NCBI GenBank assembly: GCA_965219535.1
Contig: CBDCNV010000002.1
Location: forward strand, 1,260,001-1,292,000
Direction: 5' to 3'
DNA: 32,000 nt
Source of the DNA: Opitutales bacterium
GTDB taxonomy: Bacteria > Verrucomicrobiota > Verrucomicrobiia > Opitutales > PNEW01
This document shows positions 17,798 to 23,834 of this stretch, piece after piece; position 1 is the first letter of the stretch; each line of letters opens with the position of its first letter. Under the pieces are notes generated by a model. The model had not been told where the DNA came from, made no database searches, and saw only the letters and a program-made list of their open reading frames with translations. The translations under genes were made by a program, and so were the position numbers.

Positions 17798-17855
17798 ATT
17801 GCTTATGTAATTATTTTCGTTTCTTACATCATGCATCGTGTATCAATCCGGCTTT
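17788..17855. repeat. ~68-bp 3'-flank module, copy 2
   Basis: cacgttccaccattgcttatgtaattattttcgtttcttacatcatgcatcgtgtatcaatccggcttt, just 3' of CDS 17880-19601. Confidence 0.85.
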
Positions 17856-17879
17856 CCTGCCTTCTGGATTTCTGGTTTT

Positions 17880-19601
17880 CTAGCATTCCCCAAGATAAAA
17901 CGGTTTCGCTGGACGCCCGCCTTCGGGAAGCCCAATGGGTAGATGAACATTCAGGACGAAGGGACGACTTTCCTGCTCAACCAATTTAAGACCGTGGTCC
18001 ATAGCTTCTTCGATCTTGGATTCTTCCTGAACATGCATCCCTTCTACGCCGTAGCCCTCGGCAATTTTTATTGGGTCTATTTTATCTAATACCACACCCG
18101 CGTAATCTCCAGACTTATGCATCGTGCCGCCGGCTCCTAAGACGGAAAAGTTTTTTGCGACGATACCATAGCACTCGTTATTGGGGATCACATAGAGAAC
18201 GGGAATCTTGTGATGAGCGGCTGTCCAGAAACCGGTGTCCGCGTAGTAAACGGAACCGTCACCGACGAGACCGACAACCGGTTTTGACGAGGCGGCGAGT
18301 TTCACGCCGATAGCGGCTCCCATACCGTAGCCCTCCGACCCACCGGCAGGGGGAATATAGACATTGTTCCCGGCCGGTTGCATTCCGCCCAGGCAACTCA
18401 AGAGAGCGAAATGTTCCATCGAAATTATCCCGCCACCCAAATCTTCCAGGGATTTATCGAGCGTGTCAGCCAACACCCAGGGACGAACGCGGGCTGTTTG
18501 AGGTTCGACACTTTTCATGGCTTTAATACGTTTCTTTTGCTGAGCTGCCGTCTGCTCGAGTAATAGTTCCCGTCGATCCTTAAATCGGTTGGCATCAGCC
18601 GTCGATGACTCCAGGCTTTCAGTTAATCGTTCGAGCGTTCGATGCTCATCGGCTATCACTGCCTGATCAAGTCCTTCAATATTTTTTAAATTATCAACAT
18701 CTGTACCGATAGCGACGACGCTATTAGCGTTTGAAAATTGATTGTAAGCTAAGCGGTGACGAACGCCGATGGCGATGACGTAGTCCGGATCCAATGCGTT
18801 AAAATCATCCTGCCAGTAGAGCTTTTGATTTACTAAAATTCCGCGATTCCAAAGTTCTTCTCCGTATTTAATGGGGATGCCATAACGTTCCGCGAAAGCG
18901 ATGAGTTCGGCTTCCGCGCCGCTCTTCCAGATTCCATCGCCAAAAAATAAGAGCGGACGCTCAGCTTCAGTAAGGGCACGAGCAATTGTTTCTACATCGC
19001 TATCCGCGGGAAATCCGGCTCGAAGGTCGGGAAGTCCGCTCTCTACAATGTCTGTGTCAAAAGTGTCAGTGGTGAGCGTGTTTTCGTAAATAGCCAAATG
19101 TACTGCACCCACCGGGGGTGTTTTTGCCACGAGAAGCGCGCGATAAATCGCGTGCGCCAGTCCATCAGGTTTAAGCACCGTCCAACTCGCTTTGACATAA
19201 GGGGCCGAAATATGAGTGGGTCCTACACTCGGATTTATATGATGGCCCCAGCCAACTCTGTCCGTCCCACTACCTGTATCGGCTGCATAGGTAATAACAA
19301 CGACGGGTAATTTGGCATTATGAATGTTGAGCATTTGCCCCAGGGTCTGGCCTAACCCACAATCGAGATGGGCGAGCATCACCGCGGGATCGTTTTTTAC
19401 CTGAGAGTATCCCCCGGCCATGCCGGTCACCACACCCTCGTGGAGTCCCAGTATGCTATGAATGTCAGGGTGATCGTGTAAGGCATCGAAGAAACGCGCC
19501 TCGTGCGAACCCGTGTTATTAAAAATATACTTAACTCCCAGTGCCGAAAGCTGCTCAACCAAAACCTGGGACGGATTACCCTTGAACGCTCTTTTCTTCA
19601 T
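17880..19601 (-). CDS. thiamine-diphosphate-dependent enzyme (acetolactate synthase / sulfoacetaldehyde acetyltransferase-like)
   Basis: 573 aa. The N-terminal Pyr domain (HEGVVTGMAGGY) and the ThDP-binding motif GDGSVYY...IPNNECYG are both present. Confidence 0.85.
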   Translation of the reverse strand: MKKRAFKGNPSQVLVEQLSALGVKYIFNNTGSHEARFFDALHDHPDIHSILGLHEGVVTGMAGGYSQVKNDPAVMLAHLDCGLGQTLGQMLNIHNAKLPVVVITYAADTGSGTDRVGWGHHINPSVGPTHISAPYVKASWTVLKPDGLAHAIYRALLVAKTPPVGAVHLAIYENTLTTDTFDTDIVESGLPDLRAGFPADSDVETIARALTEAERPLLFFGDGIWKSGAEAELIAFAERYGIPIKYGEELWNRGILVNQKLYWQDDFNALDPDYVIAIGVRHRLAYNQFSNANSVVAIGTDVDNLKNIEGLDQAVIADEHRTLERLTESLESSTADANRFKDRRELLLEQTAAQQKKRIKAMKSVEPQTARVRPWVLADTLDKSLEDLGGGIISMEHFALLSCLGGMQPAGNNVYIPPAGGSEGYGMGAAIGVKLAASSKPVVGLVGDGSVYYADTGFWTAAHHKIPVLYVIPNNECYGIVAKNFSVLGAGGTMHKSGDYAGVVLDKIDPIKIAEGYGVEGMHVQEESKIEEAMDHGLKLVEQESRPFVLNVHLPIGLPEGGRPAKPFYLGEC

Positions 19602-19644
19602 AGAGAGAAATTTCTATTTCATTCACTGTTAAGTAAAGGTAAAA

Positions 19645-19702
19645 GCATATGCGTATACGCATATGCGATAATGCGGTAATGTGTGTATGCGATGATGCGG
19701 TA
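19645..19702. repeat. ATGCG-type array beginning with a 22-bp perfect palindrome
   Basis: gcatatgcgtatacgcatatgc (19645-19666) is a perfect palindrome, followed by gataatgcggtaatgtgtgtatgcgatgatgcggtac. Confidence 0.95.
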
Positions 19703-19821
19703 CAGTTATGATTTTCTAACATCATTGATCCTGAACCCTGTTATTAGTTTATCATTCTACCTGATATCCGACGTTTGATGTGCGAGATGTTGAACCTACT
19801 TCGTATATCGTATATCTTTCT

Positions 19822-19852
19822 CCCCGAACCCTGAACCCCGAACCCCGAACCC
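19822..19852. repeat. GAACC(C/T) heptamer array
   Basis: ccccgaaccctgaaccccgaaccccgaaccc. It touches the stop codon of CDS 19852-20307. A shorter cctgaaccctg lies at 19729-19740. Confidence 0.95.
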
Positions 19853-20307
19853 TATTTCTTCCCCCTCCTATGCCCGCGGCCGGTTCTCACATAACCGATC
19901 TGTTTGAGTCCCTTACCGTAGATGCGAAAAGCCTTCCCAAATCCGTATACCAGGGTGCCTTCACTCGGTTTCAAAAGAAATAGATCAAAGTCTACTAAGT
20001 TTTTCAGCATCCCGACCTTCTTTTTGAATTTTTTTTCCAAAATCGCAAATGCAGTGTTCCATTTCACACTCTCCCGTTTAATGACACTAACCTTAACCTC
20101 AAGGGTCAGTCGTTTGCGGGCAAAGAGCGTCGCCGCGGTCGATTCATCTTCGATGATCATTAGACTCGCTTTACCCGTAGCCTTGAGGTTGGCGGAGTGG
20201 CGAGCCAGCGCGCTCACATAAATATAGAAATTACATTTCTCATCGATGGCCGCCGGGGCATAACTGGCGTTGGGCTCACCGTATTCATCCACGGTGCTCA
20301 AAATCAC
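19852..20307 (-). CDS. pyridoxamine-5'-phosphate-oxidase-like / HugZ-like FMN-binding split-barrel protein
   Basis: The 151-aa ORF starts at GTG 20307. The frame stays open 28 codons further upstream (to 20391) and encodes a plausible N-terminal helix with no ATG, GTG or TTG. The stop codon abuts the GAACC array. Confidence 0.6.
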   Translation of the reverse strand: MILSTVDEYGEPNASYAPAAIDEKCNFYIYVSALARHSANLKATGKASLMIIEDESTAATLFARKRLTLEVKVSVIKRESVKWNTAFAILEKKFKKKVGMLKNLVDFDLFLLKPSEGTLVYGFGKAFRIYGKGLKQIGYVRTGRGHRRGKK

Positions 20308-20382
20308 TGTTTTGAAATGATTTAGCAGACTATCTCGCTCTCTCGCTGCCTCCTTAAATTCTTCTTCTGTTTTGATCGAATA

Positions 20383-20415
20383 GTCAAAAGGTCAAAAAGT
20401 CAAAAGGTCAAAAGG
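20383..20415 (-). repeat. GTCAAAAG octamer array (x4)
   Basis: gtcaaaaggtcaaaaagtcaaaaggtcaaaagg. It reads TTTTGAC in the sense of the PNPOx-like gene and overlaps the open upstream frame of that gene. Confidence 0.95.
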
Positions 20416-20416
20416 A

Positions 20417-20463
20417 AATGCGTAAATGCGATTATGCGAATAAGCGAAGATGCGGTAATGCGT
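20417..20463. repeat. ATGCGNNN octamer array
   Basis: aatgcgtaaatgcgattatgcgaataagcgaagatgcggtaatgcgt. Confidence 0.9.
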
Positions 20464-20486
20464 ACCGAGGGTGAACCCCGACATCC
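20462..20486 (+). repeat. 25-bp direct repeat, copy 1
   Basis: gtaccgagggtgaaccccgacatcc, 23/25 identical to 20767-20791. Confidence 0.9.
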
Positions 20487-20546
20487 TAATATATGGTATT
20501 GAAGAAATGGCTAGTAATCATATGTATCATACATCGTGATTATTTT

Positions 20547-20741
20547 CTTGTCATTGCGAAGGAGGCGAAGCCGACTGCGGCTACCGAGCGCCGCGACATC
20601 TTCCATTTCCAGGCGACTGACGATACGCTGTCCTATGTTCTCCTGGAATGGAAGATGTCGGACTACGTCCTCGGTAGCCACGACTGACAAGCAACCTTCC
20701 CCCGTCGCACGAGGCTATGGAGGACAGGCGCGATGACAAAG
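20547..20741. repeat. GTCATTGCG / CGCGATGACAAAG-bounded palindromic element (~195 bp)
   Basis: The termini cttgtcattgcg and cgcgatgacaaag are inverted. The inner arms ctaccgagcgccgcgacatcttccatttccagg (20581-20612) and cctggaatggaagatgtcggactacgtcctcggtag (20642-20677) are also inverted. Confidence 0.9.
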
Positions 20742-20766
20742 GGAATCTATCGATAATCTGCTATAT

Positions 20767-20791
20767 GTACCGAGGGCGAAGCCCGACATCC
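20767..20791 (+). repeat. 25-bp direct repeat, copy 2
   Basis: gtaccgagggcgaagcccgacatcc. Confidence 0.9.
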
Positions 20792-20846
20792 CTCAATCGA
20801 AAATCTTGCATCCAGGATTCTGCAAATATTATAGACGGTAATTAGT

Positions 20847-22115
20847 ATGATAAATAATAACGAAACAAAAGCTGATGTCGTGATTGTCGGTGCCGGTGTA
20901 ATTGGAATTTGCACGGCTTATTTCCTTTCTCAGTCGGATCGAGATATTATCGTCGTTGATAAAGATGAGGTCTGCTCGGGCTGTTCCTACGGAAACGCTG
21001 GCTTGATCGTTCCCAGCCACTGCGTCCCGCTGGCTGAGCCGGGAGTAATAAAAAAAGGAATGAAATGGATGCTGAATCCCGAGAGCCCTTTTTATATTAA
21101 ACTGCGTCTCGATAGGGACTTGCTTGACTGGCTATGGCGATTCCGAAGCGCTTGCAATGAAACTCATGTAAAGCGTTCGATGCCGGTAATCAGTGATCTC
21201 ACATTCGAGAGCTTGCAACTTTACAACGAGATAATCGGAAACGATGGGATAGACTTCGGTTTTGAGCAACGGGGTTCGCTCTACGTGTGCAATACTGAAA
21301 AAGCAATGGATGAGCTTGAGGAGAATATGGGTCAATTGCAGTCGGTGGGGATCGAATCAGAGCTCCTCGATAAAGTTCAGACCCAGGAGAAAGTGGGTGA
21401 TCTAAAAGTTAATACGGTCGGCAGCGTATACTACCCACAAGATGCACATCTCCAGCCGGCCCGGTTCGTCAGGGAGTTGGCGAAAAAGGTTATCGAATCC
21501 GGGGTGAAGATCCAATCTAAGACTGAAGTCCTGGGATTCGAAAGAACAGGCAATCGGCTTACGAAAGTCTGGACCACGCGAGGTGATATCGAGGCGAATG
21601 AGGTGGTCATTGCGAGTGGAGCCTGGTCACCTGCAATCGCGCGGCAGCTTGGGCTGCGCCTGAAAATTCAAGCGGGGAAGGGCTACAGCATTACCCTCGA
21701 GCGTCCTGAAGTTTCAGCGGACATCCCATTAATGCTTGTCGAGATGAAGGTTGGCGTGACCCCGATGGGAGATACTATTCGTTTCGCGGGAACACTCGAG
21801 ATGGCGGGACTGAACTTTGCAATCAACGAGCGAAGGGTTCAGGGTATCCTCAAGTCTGTGCCGCAATATTTGCCCGATCTCGATCCCAATCTCTGTCGGT
21901 TGATCGAGGTCTGGCGCGGGCTGCGCCCCTGCACTCCGGACGGATTACCGTATTTAGGACGCCCCAAAAATTTTGAGAATCTGACCGTAGCTGCCGGGCA
22001 CGCGATGATCGGAGTATCTCTCGGACCCGTAACCGGTAGAATCGCATCTAATATCGTGCTCCGTGAAGACCCCGGATTCGATTTAACCCCATTGAGATTA
22101 AGCCGATTTAACTGA
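20847..22115 (+). CDS. FAD-dependent oxidoreductase, D-amino-acid dehydrogenase (DadA)-like
   Basis: 422 aa. The N-terminal DVVIVGAGVIGICTAYFL dinucleotide fold and the overall DAO-family layout are present. Confidence 0.85.
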   Translation: MINNNETKADVVIVGAGVIGICTAYFLSQSDRDIIVVDKDEVCSGCSYGNAGLIVPSHCVPLAEPGVIKKGMKWMLNPESPFYIKLRLDRDLLDWLWRFRSACNETHVKRSMPVISDLTFESLQLYNEIIGNDGIDFGFEQRGSLYVCNTEKAMDELEENMGQLQSVGIESELLDKVQTQEKVGDLKVNTVGSVYYPQDAHLQPARFVRELAKKVIESGVKIQSKTEVLGFERTGNRLTKVWTTRGDIEANEVVIASGAWSPAIARQLGLRLKIQAGKGYSITLERPEVSADIPLMLVEMKVGVTPMGDTIRFAGTLEMAGLNFAINERRVQGILKSVPQYLPDLDPNLCRLIEVWRGLRPCTPDGLPYLGRPKNFENLTVAAGHAMIGVSLGPVTGRIASNIVLREDPGFDLTPLRLSRFN

Positions 22116-22121
22116 TCGGCT
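22101..22121 (+). terminator. stop-codon-spanning hairpin (weak terminator candidate)
   Basis: agccgat-ttaactg-atcggct has a 7-bp stem, and its loop contains the TGA of CDS 20847-22115. No T-run follows; a GTCAAAAG array follows instead. Confidence 0.3.
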
Positions 22122-22123
22122 TA

Positions 22124-22155
22124 GTCAAAAGGTCAAAAAGTCAAAAGGTCAAAAG
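22124..22155 (-). repeat. GTCAAAAG octamer array (x4)
   Basis: gtcaaaaggtcaaaaagtcaaaaggtcaaaag, immediately 3' of the plus-strand DadA-like gene. Confidence 0.95.
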
Positions 22156-22192
22156 GGGAGGAGCGCTGACGCGATAATACGAAGTATCTTCT

Positions 22193-22344
22193 GGAGGGAC
22201 GCGTGGAGCCTGTCGGCCATAGCCTAACGGGCGTCGGGTGATCGCGTCCGTGAACATGCCTTGTGTAAAGTTCTCCATTTACGGCTACGACGGAGCGTGA
22301 CCTTACATACCTTCGGACTATGGCCGATAGACGCGATGACAAAG
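22193..22344. repeat. composite palindromic element (GGAGGGAC hairpin + CCTGTCGGCCATAGCC arm ... GGACTATGGCCGATAG arm + CGCGATGACAAAG terminus)
   Basis: 22193-22255 is homologous to 16664-16726 and 17633-17695. cctgtcggccatagcc (22209-22224) is inverted relative to ggactatggccgatag (22315-22330). The element is followed by ccgaattccgcaatcggaaatcggaaattg (22354-22383). Confidence 0.9.
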
Positions 22345-22386
22345 AGTATCAATCCGAATTCCGCAATCGGAAATCGGAAATTGTCA

Positions 22387-23346
22387 TCATTTCCCATACA
22401 TCGCTCCTGCGATTGCGAGTTCAGCTGAATAAAGAGAAGTATCACTCGCAATATATAAGGTTGTGAAATTGGGGCCGCCAAAACAGCAGTTTGCCGTGCT
22501 CTGTTCGGGCAGCAGTATTTTTCCGATCAATTCGCCTCGTGGTGTATAACAGTGAACCCCATCTTCGGCGCTTGTCCAAATGTTGCCATTAACATCACAG
22601 CGGAAACCATCGGATGCACCCGGCCTCACCAATAAAAATTCACGCTCGTTGCTGAGCGTTTTTCCGTCGTCGGCGACATCAAATGCAAGGACGTTTCTCG
22701 GTTCTCCCGTGTCGGCCACGTAAAGGATGGATTCATCGGGTGAAAAGGCGAGGCCGTTAGGCCTGTCCATCGTGTCAATGGCGACTGACAGAGAGGAAGT
22801 TTCGGGGTCATAACGGAATACATAATTGGCTCCATAATCCGAATCGCGTTTAGTCCCCTCACGATTTGAGAGAATACCGTAAGGCGGATCAGTAAACCAT
22901 ATCGAACCATCAGATTTAACCACGAGATCATTAGGCGAATTAAATCTTTTTCCTTCAAAGTTATCGACTAATGTCGTCACGCTTCCGTCGTGTTCTGTTC
23001 TCGTGATGCGATTCGTCTGGTGCTCTGCAGTTACCATACGCCCTTCATGATCGGTCGTATTGCCGTTGGAAAAGTTTGATCGCTCCCGATGGACAGCGGT
23101 TTCGCCCGTAGCCGGATCATAACTGATCATGCGATTATTCGGGACGTCAGACATGACGACCAGTTTATGACGGGGAAGATAGACGGCACCCTCTGCCCAC
23201 TCAGCACCGCGCCAATGATGAACAATTTTTGGGTTTTCCGGTAAGAGTTTGTCAAAGCGAGGATCGATCGTCTCGAAACCCTCTCGTAGCTCGTCTCCGG
23301 ATTTATCGTTTCTATGCGCGGGAAATATTTTTGATTCAGCTGGCAT
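22387..23346 (-). CDS. SMP-30/gluconolactonase/LRE-like beta-propeller hydrolase
   Basis: About 319 aa. AEGAVYLPRHKLVVMSDVPNNRMISYDPATGE and repeated propeller blades are present. The track starts at TTG 23352; ATG 23346 is preferred. The ATG lies 9 nt from a TTTTGAC array with no Shine-Dalgarno. Confidence 0.8.
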   Translation of the reverse strand: MPAESKIFPAHRNDKSGDELREGFETIDPRFDKLLPENPKIVHHWRGAEWAEGAVYLPRHKLVVMSDVPNNRMISYDPATGETAVHRERSNFSNGNTTDHEGRMVTAEHQTNRITRTEHDGSVTTLVDNFEGKRFNSPNDLVVKSDGSIWFTDPPYGILSNREGTKRDSDYGANYVFRYDPETSSLSVAIDTMDRPNGLAFSPDESILYVADTGEPRNVLAFDVADDGKTLSNEREFLLVRPGASDGFRCDVNGNIWTSAEDGVHCYTPRGELIGKILLPEQSTANCCFGGPNFTTLYIASDTSLYSAELAIAGAMYGK

Positions 23347-23355
23347 GGGCAACTA

Positions 23356-23388
23356 GTCAAAAAGTCAAAAGGTCAAAAAGTCAAAAGG
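23356..23388 (-). repeat. GTCAAAAG octamer array (x4)
   Basis: gtcaaaaagtcaaaaggtcaaaaagtcaaaagg. It reads TTTTGAC in the sense of the gluconolactonase-like gene and lies 9 nt from its ATG. Confidence 0.95.
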
Positions 23389-23392
23389 TTTT

Positions 23393-23427
23393 GGGTTCAG
23401 AGGTTCACGGTTCAAGGTTCAGCGGTT
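23393..23427. repeat. GGTTC (reverse GAACC) heptamer array
   Basis: gggttcagaggttcacggttcaaggttcagcggtt. Confidence 0.95.
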
Positions 23428-23499
23428 GAGTGTATGATATCGGTATACTTTAGAATTAATTGTACCGGGGCTATGCTTGTCTTCCTGAATGTACTTAAT

Positions 23500-23529
23500 G
23501 GAGGGACGCGTTCCGTCGCGTCCGTGTAT
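23500..23529 (+). repeat. short form of the GGAGGGAC hairpin
   Basis: ggagggacgcg-ttccgt-cgcgtccgtgtat has the same stem as 22193-22255 but a 6-nt loop in place of the 39-nt insert. Confidence 0.9.
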
Positions 23530-23571
23530 TTCCTGGTATAATCTTACACATTCACGACCATTATCAGTCGT

Positions 23572-23609
23572 CGCCCGGTGGGCTATGACCGACAGGCACT
23601 GCGTGGCCC
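23572..23609 (-). repeat. reverse-oriented CCTGTCGG(C/T)CATAGCC module
   Basis: cgcccggtgggctatgaccgacaggcactgcgtggccc is the reverse complement of the module found inside the long GGAGGGAC hairpins. Confidence 0.85.
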
Positions 23610-23651
23610 TAAGAATTACTTGTATCTTGCACCCTGCATCTCGCGTCCTCT

Positions 23652-23763
23652 ATTGTCATTGCGAAGGAGGCGATGCCGACTGCGGCAATCCAGGGGGGCT
23701 GATATTACACTTCCGACATTCCCCTGGATCGCCACGGCTGACAGCAGCCTCGCGATGACAAAT
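23652..23763. repeat. GTCATTGCG / CGCGATGACAAA-bounded palindromic element (~112 bp)
   Basis: attgtcattgcgaagg is inverted relative to cctcgcgatgacaaat. The inner ggcaatccagggg is inverted relative to cccctggatcgcc. Confidence 0.9.
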
Positions 23764-23834
23764 TATATCAGACAACATATTAATACATTCGATGTATCTA
23801 GAAATAAGATATAGACATACGAGGAGAAGCGGAA

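Noticed and set aside
16500-17900. Integron-type cassette with attC sites.
   Set aside because: No intI gene or attI is present. The flanking repeats are direct composites of the window-wide modules and lack the R''/L''-L'/R' architecture and the GTTRRRY core. The neighbouring genes are not a co-oriented cassette array.
19722-19742. THI-box/TPP-riboswitch-like string (tgatcctgaaccctg) upstream of the ThDP-dependent enzyme gene.
   Set aside because: The order and orientation do not match the conserved CUGAGA...ACCUGAUC core. The string is simply a member of the GAACC heptamer family, and ThDP-using enzymes are not typical riboswitch targets.
20349-20355. A perfect AAGGAGG on the minus strand upstream of the PNPOx-like gene, considered as a Shine-Dalgarno marking the true start.
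   Set aside because: No ATG, GTG or TTG lies within 5-12 nt downstream in any frame. The heptamer sits in frame inside the coding-looking extension (K-E-A), so it is probably coincidental.
20493-20736. ORFs inside repeat-rich spacers: 20493-20687, 20536-20736, 23489-23758, 23578-23814 and 17726-17989.
   Set aside because: They lie entirely within palindromic or mosaic repeat elements. They have Arg/Ser/Cys-rich low-complexity translations, overlap each other in different frames, and their similarity between copies tracks the DNA repeat rather than a protein frame.
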